57,609 nucleotides of DNA, taken from an uncultured archaeon. GTDB lineage: Archaea > Asgardarchaeota > Lokiarchaeia > Sigyniarchaeales > SOKP01. Shown in pieces: positions 37,249 to 46,386 of the stretch (position 1 is its first letter; each line of letters begins with the position of its first letter). Made by a program: the position numbers and the translations under genes. Location: the NCBI GenBank assembly GCA_964493715.1, contig CAZBPC010000007.1:1-57609 (forward strand), in the 5' to 3' direction. The notes beneath the pieces were generated by a model. That model made no database searches and was not told the DNA's origin. It saw only the letters and a list, made by a program, of their open reading frames with translations.

Positions 37249-38076
37249 TTAAGAGATTGAAGACCCACAATCTGGACAATAACTTCCACCTTCTAAAATT
37301 TCAGCACCGCAATTAGGACAGAATTTAGGGCGTATACCAACAATTCGATTTATACTTGAAGCAACATTTAGGGAAACTGGTTGTGGTAAACTCGGTGCTT
37401 GGGGAAGTGCTGGTGCTCTAGGAGGAATTGGTGCTTGAGGAACTACTGGTGCTTCTATATATGCAGGAACACTCATATTACTGAATTTCGCTAACTTAAA
37501 GAATCCAATAATTTGTAATATGAATCCAATGATTAACGTGATTCCCAAGAATCCAAGCGCGTACATTAACGCTGCAATTCTTAATTTCTCTGCTCCTTCA
37601 ATAGTTTCCCGTACAACATATTCTGGAAATAATGATCTATTTTCCTCGATATAAAATTTCAAGTTTTCCCAAGCTTTCATTTCAATTGAGAAACCTACTA
37701 TTAAAAGAATTAACCCGATCAGAGCAGGAGAACTACTAAGAATAATATTTACAATCAACGCAGCAATATTATCATTATTAGTCCAAAAATACGCTGAAAA
37801 TACAATTCCAACAATGCCTCCAGCTAAAAGACAAATTGAAATTAACTTATAAATAAAAGAGGATACCATTTTTGAACGAAAATCATAAAGGTATAAGCTT
37901 TTTAATTTGGAATTAATTAAATTAATGTTTCCAAGAGAGATGAAGACAAAAATTATTGCTACAAGTCCGGTAATACCAGTAACTAGGGTTAAAATTGTTA
38001 ATATAGCTACGAGATTCATGTTTCTTCCGAACTCGTTCCATAATCTATAAAATTCATTATCAGACAAAGATTTCAC
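37249..38076 (-). CDS. Membrane protein with Pro-rich linker and C-terminal zinc ribbon
   Basis: Several TM helices, APVVPQAPIPPRAPALPQAP, KFCPNCG...YCPDCG. TTG at 38067 is a likely start. Confidence 0.8.
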   Translation of the reverse strand: MKSLSDNEFYRLWNEFGRNMNLVAILTILTLVTGITGLVAIIFVFISLGNINLINSKLKSLYLYDFRSKMVSSFIYKLISICLLAGGIVGIVFSAYFWTNNDNIAALIVNIILSSSPALIGLILLIVGFSIEMKAWENLKFYIEENRSLFPEYVVRETIEGAEKLRIAALMYALGFLGITLIIGFILQIIGFFKLAKFSNMSVPAYIEAPVVPQAPIPPRAPALPQAPSLPQPVSLNVASSINRIVGIRPKFCPNCGAEILEGGSYCPDCGSSIS

Positions 38077-38378
38077 CTATTTACTTAATAATTTAATATT
38101 TCGTATGAATATAAGTTATGAAATAAGATAAATTGGACACTTTATATTTTTTATATAGTCCAATATTTAATTCGAGAAACATATAAAGTGAGAAATTTAA
38201 AAATAAGATTACTACTGTAGCCTTAAGAACTTGTAAATCGACAATAAAATCCAAAGCAAAATTCTTACTTTTTTTTTTATTTAGCATTATATTAAGATTA
38301 ATAATTTTAAAATTAGAGATTTATGATCAAATGCTTTAATTCTAATGTTTAATATAAAAAGAAATGAAAAATAAAGTT

Positions 38379-39287
38379 TTAATCCGTGTGAGCACTTATA
38401 ATTAAATCCGCAAAAAGATTCATGTCATTCAACAGCACGTTGAGTTTATTTTGCGATTCTACATCGATTTCTCCAGATTTCATCACTAATACTGTAATGA
38501 TATATTTAAAAATGTGTAATTCAATTTCTTTACCTTCCTCGTTGCGTCCTTTAAAATTTGCAGAATCGGACATGAATATGTTTTCTCTAACTGTATTGCA
38601 AGCATTGATGAAGTCTCTTAAATCTCCTCTTAGAGTTAAGCCACTACTAACTCCTTGAACGTTATGAACAATAACATTTCCAGAAACATCTGAAATGATA
38701 ATCTTTGCTTTTATTTCCTCTAATTGTGCCTCCGCTTTTTCCACGTGTTCCTTTAAATTGGAATAGGATGATATCAAGATGTCTCGAAATATTTTTGCTA
38801 ACTCATCTTGTTGGTAAATGCTTGTTAGCATGTAATTGAAATCATATTCCTTAAACATGTCCAAAAAGATTTCTTTTGCTTTATTAACATTTGTATCAAG
38901 TAATTCTTTTTGATATTTCTCCGTGTCGTATTTGTGCAAGAACAAGAAAATTTTAGGTTTTTCATTGTTCTTCCGATAGATATCCAATAGTCCTTTAATA
39001 TATTCCTTAGCTTGTTCAAAGTTCTTAGGATCGTGAAGATCCACAATGGGTATAAGGATATCTGTCCCACGAAATATCTCTGGTTTTTCCATGTATTCCC
39101 TCCTATATTCTTCCTGCCCACCAAAATCAAAGATCCCCACTTGTAATCCTAAAAAGGGATGTCTTCGAGTTTCATAAAGAATCGTAGGGCTTAAGCCTTT
39201 GGTATCTTCGGGGCTTTTCTCAGCAAAAGCCACGGAATAGAGTGAGGTTTTTCCACATCCTCCTAACCCAATCAATGATATTTTAAC
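38379..39287 (-). CDS. Rag/Gtr-like small GTPase with C-terminal roadblock/longin-like domain
   Basis: (V)KISLIGLGGCGKTS, LSPT, FDFGGQ, IFRGTD, FLHKYD (Rag-type HKxD), TSIY; C-terminal IIISDVSGNVI. ORF track start is TTG 39275. Confidence 0.85.
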   Translation of the reverse strand, partial: VKISLIGLGGCGKTSLYSVAFAEKSPEDTKGLSPTILYETRRHPFLGLQVGIFDFGGQEEYRREYMEKPEIFRGTDILIPIVDLHDPKNFEQAKEYIKGLLDIYRKNNEKPKIFLFLHKYDTEKYQKELLDTNVNKAKEIFLDMFKEYDFNYMLTSIYQQDELAKIFRDILISSYSNLKEHVEKAEAQLEEIKAKIIISDVSGNVIVHNVQGVSSGLTLRGDLRDFINACNTVRENIFMSDSANFKGRNEEGKEIELHIFKYIITVLVMKSGEIDVESQNKLNVLLNDMNLFADLIISAHTD

Positions 39288-39313
39288 GTTAATTCACCTA
39301 TTTTGTTGTTATT
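39203..39313. repeat. Direct repeat copy 1 (5' end and RBS of the Rag-like GTPase)
   Basis: Matches 41175-41285 over about 111 bp with 4 mismatches. Confidence 0.95.
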
Positions 39314-39330
39314 TTTTTATTTATTTATAC

Positions 39331-39346
39331 TACTATAAAGTATTTA
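39331..39346 (-). promoter_or_regulatory. Putative BRE/TATA promoter
   Basis: TAAATACTTTATAGTA on the minus strand, about 45 bp upstream of the GTPase start; identical 16-mer at 44841-44856 upstream of pepF. Confidence 0.5.
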
Positions 39347-39830
39347 TATTCTTATTGATGTAATTTTTAATTCAATTTAAATATTAAATGTTAAAAACAA
39401 TGTTAAATAATGATAATATTATATTAATCAATGTTTAAAGGGAAATTTCTTTTTAAGAATTCATAAATTTGATAACCTTCTCTATCACCAACATCATATT
39501 TATTAATAAATTTATAGAGTAGTGTTTTTGTAGAACTATTAGAATTCTTATTTAATTCTTGAATATAATTAATAAGATTAAGGAAATAATTTCTTAAGAT
39601 ACATCTAGTATCAGAATTTTCTAATTTTAATAGCAATTCTGTATGATTAAATTTAAAATACTTTTTATTCAAAAGATTTAAAACTTCGAAGCTATTTAAT
39701 TCAAAATTGGTTTTTATAATTATGATTACTATGTTATTTTGATATTATGGATTCTGATGGCATTGTAGGTTAAAATAATACTAATATTTTTTTTTCCAAA
39801 GTTTTATTACAAATATATCTTAAAATAATC

Positions 39831-40982
39831 TTGAAGGAGCGGATAATTATAAACAATAATTCTAAAAAAACTCACGATTACTATATTGAGATAAAAAATA
39901 ACATTAGTGTCACGAGAAAAGGTATAACCATAAAAATTTGCAGTGGAATTATGTTTACATTTATTGTAACCATTTTCGCTTCAGTCCCGGCATATTCAAA
40001 TATCTTTTTTGCCATTCCAACTCAAGCTAAAATGTTCACTTTACTTGGGTCCACATTTTTATTGATTAATATTGTATTCGATAAAGCAGAAGCTATCTTA
40101 TATTGGAAAGATCCGGAAAAAAGACCGGTGATTTTGAATATAAAGATGAAGCAATCGTTCATTGAGACTATGATTGTATTTTTTGTTAATATTATTATTA
40201 TTATACTTTCCCAAAGTTTAGGATTATTAAATTTTATATATAATCTTAAAGGGATGAAATATTTTATTTCTTATTATCAACCACCTCTCTTTGAAACAGT
40301 ATTAATTACCATAATTACAACTTTATCGGTTTTCGTCATATGGACTTCTATGTATTGGTGTGTAAGTAGATTCCTTCAAATTAAAAATTATTCATACGAT
40401 CTCAAAAAAATTAATATAAAAACATTAGGTTATTTTATTGGTGGAATGATTTTATTAATAATTTTTTGGGGTTTTCTTTCTCTACCGGATGTCTTATATA
40501 GAGAGGTTAAAGTGAATGGGGACTTCGAAGGAGGAATATTATTTTTTAAAGAATTTGCTCAAAGAGATTACCTTTGGATATTGACGGCGGAGGTATTTTT
40601 TCTTATTGGCTTAAATCTATTATTCTATTTTCTAGGTGATAAACATTTGAGTGAAAGAGATAATTTTGTTCTATTGGAGAAGGAAAACAGTGAGATTAAA
40701 AGTAAAAAAGAAAAATACCGAAAAAGAGCGATCGAAAAACGTTTTATAATAGCAATGTTTGAAATTATAATAGTAGAACTAATTTGTATGCCTTTATTTT
40801 TTATATTCGCATTATTGGCCGTAGCAATAGGATCAATTGAATCTATTTTTTCCTTTCCTTATTTTCTTTCTTTAGGAACTCTAATTATCGCATTTATTTT
40901 AATTGGCGCTATACTGACTGGGAGGATTTCGATAATTAAATCAAAAGCGAGACAAAGTATACGCAATAAATCAAAAAATTAG
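39831..40982 (+). CDS. Hypothetical multi-pass membrane protein inside the repeat-flanked insert
   Basis: 383-aa ORF with about 8 hydrophobic segments; very AT-rich; start uncertain. Confidence 0.65.
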   Translation: MKERIIINNNSKKTHDYYIEIKNNISVTRKGITIKICSGIMFTFIVTIFASVPAYSNIFFAIPTQAKMFTLLGSTFLLINIVFDKAEAILYWKDPEKRPVILNIKMKQSFIETMIVFFVNIIIIILSQSLGLLNFIYNLKGMKYFISYYQPPLFETVLITIITTLSVFVIWTSMYWCVSRFLQIKNYSYDLKKINIKTLGYFIGGMILLIIFWGFLSLPDVLYREVKVNGDFEGGILFFKEFAQRDYLWILTAEVFFLIGLNLLFYFLGDKHLSERDNFVLLEKENSEIKSKKEKYRKRAIEKRFIIAMFEIIIVELICMPLFFIFALLAVAIGSIESIFSFPYFLSLGTLIIAFILIGAILTGRISIIKSKARQSIRNKSKN

Positions 40983-41151
40983 AAGTAATCTTTTTTTCCT
41001 AATTCTATAAATCAATAGCAGATTGCTGGGGTGTAGGTGATGAATTTAGGTTAACTTCAAAACCAAATTCTAATTGGTATGGTGGAGTACAACCTGGAAT
41101 TATAATAGAAGTAATCTCCATTGATGAAGTTGCATCAGGTATATTAAAACG

Positions 41152-41259
41152 TCAAAATCTTTTAATATTTGAATTATCTTCGGGGCTCTTCTCAGCAAAA
41201 GCCACGGAATAGAGTGAGGTTTTTCCGCATCCTCCTAACCCAATTAATGATATTTTAAC
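41152..41259 (-). pseudogene. Truncated 5' copy of the Rag-like GTPase gene
   Basis: VKISLIGLGGCGKTSLYSVAFAEKSPED then unrelated NSNIKRF*. Confidence 0.85.
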
Positions 41260-41285
41260 GTTAATTCACCTATTTTGTTATTATT
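41175..41285. repeat. Direct repeat copy 2
   Basis: Offset 1972 bp from copy 1. Confidence 0.95.
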
Positions 41286-41332
41286 GCTTTTTATAATAAT
41301 TTATTTCATTTAATTTTTTAATAAAATTTACT

Positions 41333-42826
41333 TTAATTATTTTTTTCTGGTGGTTCTAATTTAAAAGTTTTTGAAAAAATCTTACCATACTCTTCGGTAG
41401 ATGCTTCCACTAAGACATTTTCGTATTTTATTTCCCCGTCTTCGACTTCCAGAGGATATCCAATTTCGATCGTTTCATATGGAAATAATTCCTTTATTGT
41501 GGTTATCCAAGGTCTCTTCTCAAATAATTCTTCAATACTGACGATCCTTATTTTTATATCTTCCAAAACTTGACCCAAGCTATTAGTGAGTGAAATATTG
41601 AGTACTTTCGTTGCTTCATTTATGGTTTTTGATACACTTAAGGCTTTTCGAGTTCCAAGAGCTGGAGAGACTGGTGTTTGATCTGATTCAGGTCCCGTTT
41701 TGATTCGAGGTTCCTCTTCAGAATCTCTTACTATGAAGACTTTTCTTTTTTGGATGTTATATTGAGAAACCTTCTTTAGTTTTGCCAAGAATAAAACGGC
41801 ATTTAAGTTTATAGCGTTAAAAGGTTCTATGGTGAGATATCCTTTTTTAGCAGCATCCTCGATAATTTCTGTACCAATTCCTGACCGAGCAAATACTGTA
41901 TTCTTCTTTGGACCACTCCCAACTGAACCAACGGAAATGTCTGAATTCTCAGCAGTCAAATCAGTGCAGAAATTACAACTCGACGATTTGAATTTATCAA
42001 GTTCCTTAATGGTGTATGATTTCACGGGTTCAGCTTTCGAATCGTAATATATGTGGAACTTACCTTTACTGATATCCATTTTTTCTACTTTGGATAAGTC
42101 TATGCCCTCTTTTTTAAAAAAGGAATAAATTGCTTCGGGTGCGAACGAATCCATGCAAAAGAGTCCGATTTTTAAGACGTGTGCTCTCATAAAATATTTT
42201 AACATACCAGCAGGGGAACTCATCATTTTATCAACAGCATCGATATTACATGGTGTACCAACAAAAGCGATAGATCTATAATCTTGCCTAATAGCATCCA
42301 TTAATGCCTCTACGGTTTGGGAATGACAATAAATTGAGCCCGATGCTTTTATCGCATCTTCCTTAGTTGTAATGATTTGAGCGATTGGGTGCCAAGGATT
42401 TTTAGGATCTTTCATGGTAACCACGGCAGCATCAATTAGATGCTCATCAAACAAATAACACAAAAGGGACGTGATACTTCCACCATCCTGTCCTCCAATA
42501 ACTTCAGGAATATTAGTGTTTCCGACATAACCCGTCTTAAATTCACCCATGAGTTGAATTGGATCAGTTATAGTTCTGGGACACTGGTTATAGCAGATTC
42601 CACACCCCGTACATTTTCCGATCAATTTCGGTTGCCCAACTATGGGATCCCATTCTAATACTGGACACACGGCAGCGCAAGTTCCACATTCCGTGCATAT
42701 TCCTGCACGAATGATCTCTTTCATTAGCATTCCGAATGAATCTTTCTTGCCTTCAAGCTTTCCTTGAATGTAATCAAATGAATAATCATACTGTTTTTTT
42801 TCTTCGCCAGATTGATTTTCAGTCAT
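41333..42826 (-). CDS. Coenzyme F420 hydrogenase/dehydrogenase beta-subunit (FrhB/FdhB) family protein with N-terminal ferredoxin
   Basis: CTECGTCAAVCP and CTGCGICYNQCP, GQDGG, FVGTPC, IGLFC, CNFCTD...DISVGSVG. Confidence 0.88.
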   Translation of the reverse strand: MTENQSGEEKKQYDYSFDYIQGKLEGKKDSFGMLMKEIIRAGICTECGTCAAVCPVLEWDPIVGQPKLIGKCTGCGICYNQCPRTITDPIQLMGEFKTGYVGNTNIPEVIGGQDGGSITSLLCYLFDEHLIDAAVVTMKDPKNPWHPIAQIITTKEDAIKASGSIYCHSQTVEALMDAIRQDYRSIAFVGTPCNIDAVDKMMSSPAGMLKYFMRAHVLKIGLFCMDSFAPEAIYSFFKKEGIDLSKVEKMDISKGKFHIYYDSKAEPVKSYTIKELDKFKSSSCNFCTDLTAENSDISVGSVGSGPKKNTVFARSGIGTEIIEDAAKKGYLTIEPFNAINLNAVLFLAKLKKVSQYNIQKRKVFIVRDSEEEPRIKTGPESDQTPVSPALGTRKALSVSKTINEATKVLNISLTNSLGQVLEDIKIRIVSIEELFEKRPWITTIKELFPYETIEIGYPLEVEDGEIKYENVLVEASTEEYGKIFSKTFKLEPPEKNN

Positions 42827-42969
42827 GTTTTTTAATTTGATTTAAAGTTATGAGTATTAATGAAAACTTATGTTAATGAAATGGAAAGCCATAAAAAAAA
42901 TTTATTAATTATTTAAAAAAGTTACTAAGAACATTCACTTATTTTTTTAAAAAAGAAAAAGTGCTTTTT

Positions 42970-44760
42970 TTAATTGTATTCAACTAAATTTTCTAATTCC
43001 GATTGCTTTTCTTCCAAATATGCAATTCCTTTCTTCCAGAAAGAAGGGTCTTTCAGATCAATATCCAAGATTCGAAGCATTTCTTCAGGCGAAATAGAAC
43101 TCCCATAAGCAAGCAATTTAACAAACTTTGGAACAAATTTTTCTTTCTGCTCTAAATATAATTGATATAATGAAATCACGAGTAAATTCGACATATTATA
43201 CGCATAGACGTAGAATGGCGTGTGAAGGAAATGGGGGACCACAAAACAATAGGGAGCATATTCTTCACGGAGATTGGTCATCGAATTCCCAAACATTGCT
43301 TCCATCTCATCGGCAAAAATATTCTTAATTTCTTCGGTAGTTGGCAATTTTTTTTCTAATAAATCGTGTACTCTTGTCTCAAAATTATAAAAAGCATTCT
43401 GACGAAAAGATGTGGAAAAATTATTTTCCAGAAAAACAGCTAATAAGGCTACTTTTTCATCTTTGGATAGATCGGTTTCCTTTAAATGGTCGAACATCAA
43501 TATTTCGTTGAAAACTGAAGCGATTTCCGCGATTGCAAGAGATAATCCTACATTGATGAAGTTTTGATCTCTCTGGATGTAATATGCTTGAATCGCATGA
43601 CCTAATTCATGAGCTAAAGTTAACAATGAATCCACATTATTCGTAAAATTAACAAAAACAAATGCATATTTTGTTAATTTTCCAAATTCACAAAATGCAC
43701 CCCGATTTTTACCTTTTCTTGGAGTCACATCAATATGTTGCTGTTCATGAGTTTTTTGAATTATCTCCTTGAATTCGGGGTGAAATAGTTCGTTTACTTT
43801 CTTGATTAGATCCATCGCTTCTTCATAAGTGTATTCTTTGGATATCTCGCCAACGGGACAATATAAATCTGACATGTGTAATTCTTGGAGATTTAATAGT
43901 TTCTTTTTCAGGTTATAATATCGTTCCACAACGCTATAGCTCTCAGAAGTGACTTTTCCCAGTACTTCAACAATATCATCACTCACCTCATTATCTAAAT
44001 TCCTTCTTGAAATTGGCGTTTTAAAATTCTTTTTTTTTGATTCTAAGTCCCAATCTTTTAATATATTTGTAAAAATATGAGTAAAAATCATTTCATTATC
44101 TTTATATTTCTCAACAATAGCTCCTAACGCTTTTTTGCGTATAACCTTATTTTGCCTATATAAATATGAGAATAACTCTGATTCAGTTAGTGTTTTTTTC
44201 TGGCCATCAACTTCAAAATCATAGGTGAAACTGCTTTTAAATTCATTGTAAAGTTTCAAGAAACCACTAGCTCCTGTAATATCTTTCATTAGAATAATTT
44301 GCTCTTCTTTTTCTGAGAGTTGATGTGGTTTTCTTAAGCGATTATTCTTCAAAGCATTTGTGTATTTTTCTAATTCAGGAGAGTTAATTAGGTCATTAAA
44401 CTTCTCATCAGAAATCCCATTCAGCTCTAAATTGAAAAATATCAATTTTTCTTGAATTTTTACAGTAAATTCCTCTACTTTTGAAAAAAATTCTTTCACC
44501 TCATCATTTAAATTATTGGTTGAATAAATTAAACTAGAATAAGTTTGTAAGTAAAACGCTTTTTCAGAAATATTTTCATATTTTTTATACCAATCAAGTA
44601 AAGTTTCAGATTTAAGCATGGGATCTTGAAGATTTCCCTTAACTTCCATTTTGAAAGTATCAGCCAGGGTAGTGATCTCTTGAATATCTATCGTAATTTT
44701 AGGATCATTGACTCCATCGTAAAAATCACTCAAATCCCATTCAATTATATTATCATTCAT
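42970..44760 (-). CDS. pepF: M3B oligoendopeptidase F
   Basis: WDLSDFY, GKNRGAFC, TLAHELGHA (HExxH), AEIASVFNE, PHF..PFYVYAY. ATG at 44760 preferred over TTG at 44778. Confidence 0.9.
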   Translation of the reverse strand: MNDNIIEWDLSDFYDGVNDPKITIDIQEITTLADTFKMEVKGNLQDPMLKSETLLDWYKKYENISEKAFYLQTYSSLIYSTNNLNDEVKEFFSKVEEFTVKIQEKLIFFNLELNGISDEKFNDLINSPELEKYTNALKNNRLRKPHQLSEKEEQIILMKDITGASGFLKLYNEFKSSFTYDFEVDGQKKTLTESELFSYLYRQNKVIRKKALGAIVEKYKDNEMIFTHIFTNILKDWDLESKKKNFKTPISRRNLDNEVSDDIVEVLGKVTSESYSVVERYYNLKKKLLNLQELHMSDLYCPVGEISKEYTYEEAMDLIKKVNELFHPEFKEIIQKTHEQQHIDVTPRKGKNRGAFCEFGKLTKYAFVFVNFTNNVDSLLTLAHELGHAIQAYYIQRDQNFINVGLSLAIAEIASVFNEILMFDHLKETDLSKDEKVALLAVFLENNFSTSFRQNAFYNFETRVHDLLEKKLPTTEEIKNIFADEMEAMFGNSMTNLREEYAPYCFVVPHFLHTPFYVYAYNMSNLLVISLYQLYLEQKEKFVPKFVKLLAYGSSISPEEMLRILDIDLKDPSFWKKGIAYLEEKQSELENLVEYN

Positions 44761-44949
44761 ATTGGTAATAACCCCCAAATTTTATTTGAATTTTACTTTT
44801 AATAATGAAAGAAACGATATAATAAATTTTTAAATATACTTACTATAAAGTATTTAGGATGCCTTTTTTCGTCTAAAAAATTATTATAAAAATCTTTTTA
44901 ACCAAGAAGAATCTTGATATTATAACTCTTAAAAATTAAGTTTATTCTA

Positions 44950-46386
44950 ATGGTAGCATATAAGTGGAAAGTATTAGCAATAACCACTATTGGAGTATTT
45001 ATGTCTTCTTTAGATGGTAGTATTGTAAATATTGCAATTCCCTCAATTTCAAAGGATTTGGGTACATCATTTGAAGTCGTGCAATGGATTCCTATTATTT
45101 ATTTGTTAGTAATGGCTGTGTCTCTAATAGGATTTGGGAGGTTGTCAGATTTAAAAGGAAGGAAATCTTTCTTCCTCCTCGGAATCTTATTCTTTACTTT
45201 ATCAAGCTTTTTAACTACATTTGCAACTTCAGGGATAATAATTGTAATTTTTCGAGCAATTCAAGGAATTGGAAGTTCATTTATTGCTGCAAACGCACCT
45301 TCGATGATAACAGATATTTTTCCTCGTGAAGAAACCGGGAAAGCCTTAGGAATTAATGTGGCAACCATTTATGCCGGATTAGTAATAGGTCCTGTATTAG
45401 GTGGATTTATTGTCCAATTTTCTTCTTGGAGACTCATTTTTTTTATTAATGTTCCAATTGGAATCTTACTTATTATTATCGGTTGGTTTAAATTAAAAAA
45501 AGTTGATCAAGGAATCAAGGGAGAAAGTTTTGATATTCGGGGGACAGTTTTATTCGGATTGTTCTTATCTTCTCTTCTTTTAGCGTTAACTTTTACAAAT
45601 AGAGTGGGATGGCTTTCGTTTGAAGTTCTTTTATTATTTATCATTTCTATATCAAGTATGACTTTTTTTATTTATACTGAAAGCAAAACGAAATATCCTT
45701 TAATTAAACTTAGTCTGTTTAGAGTAAATAGAATCTTTTCTTTTGCTAATTTTGCAGCTTTATTGAACTACATTGCGATTTCGGGGATAAGCTTTTTATT
45801 GTCAATTTATTTTCAATCAATATTAGGAATATCGCCTGCTTTTACGGCTTTATTGTTACTCCCAACAGCCATTACAATGGCAATTGTAGCGCCAATAAGT
45901 GGTAGACTCTCTGATAAATATGGAACGAGGATCTTAACAACATTAGGCATGATTATCATGGGGGTGGGATTTATCCTTTCAATTATAGTTATTGGATTTT
46001 TACCATTAATGCTCATAATTATAACCCAATTTATTGTGGGGTTGGGGGTTGGATTTTTCTCGTCTCCTAATAATTCAGCAATTATGAATGCAGTAGAACC
46101 AAGAGATCATGGAATAGCCGCGGGGACGCTCTCAACCATGCGTGTAGTAGGGCAATCCATAAGTGTAGCGTTATTAAGTGCAATATTGATAAATTTTATC
46201 CCTATTACCCTATTGAATCCAATATTATCAAATCCAGCTGTAATAACCGATCCGTTGGTCAAAATGGAATTTACCATGGGTATGCAAATAGCATTAATTG
46301 TTTCAACAATAATTTGTTTTATTGCGGCTCTTCTTTCATTTTTGAGAGGTAAAAGAATTGCAAATCAAATTATAGTGGAACCGTAA
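44950..46386 (+). CDS. MFS transporter, DHA2 (EmrB/QacA-like)
   Basis: LDGSIVNIAIP, GRLSDLKGRK, RAIQGIG, GPVLGG, WRLIFFINVPIG. Confidence 0.92.
   Translation: MVAYKWKVLAITTIGVFMSSLDGSIVNIAIPSISKDLGTSFEVVQWIPIIYLLVMAVSLIGFGRLSDLKGRKSFFLLGILFFTLSSFLTTFATSGIIIVIFRAIQGIGSSFIAANAPSMITDIFPREETGKALGINVATIYAGLVIGPVLGGFIVQFSSWRLIFFINVPIGILLIIIGWFKLKKVDQGIKGESFDIRGTVLFGLFLSSLLLALTFTNRVGWLSFEVLLLFIISISSMTFFIYTESKTKYPLIKLSLFRVNRIFSFANFAALLNYIAISGISFLLSIYFQSILGISPAFTALLLLPTAITMAIVAPISGRLSDKYGTRILTTLGMIIMGVGFILSIIVIGFLPLMLIIITQFIVGLGVGFFSSPNNSAIMNAVEPRDHGIAAGTLSTMRVVGQSISVALLSAILINFIPITLLNPILSNPAVITDPLVKMEFTMGMQIALIVSTIICFIAALLSFLRGKRIANQIIVEP

Noticed and set aside
38093-38287. 64-aa ORF between the zinc-ribbon membrane protein and the GTPase
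   Set aside because: No motif or RBS; likely chance in AT-rich sequence.
39424-39672. 82-aa AT-rich ORF inside the insert
   Set aside because: TTG start without an RBS and no recognisable motif, in particular no recombinase signature. It may be a gene remnant but cannot be called.
41005-41154. In-frame TGA after the truncated GTPase copy followed by 48 more open codons (possible selenocysteine read-through)
   Set aside because: The TGA lies beyond the repeat breakpoint, is not at a redox-Cys position, and no convincing SECIS was seen. Insert debris is the simpler explanation.
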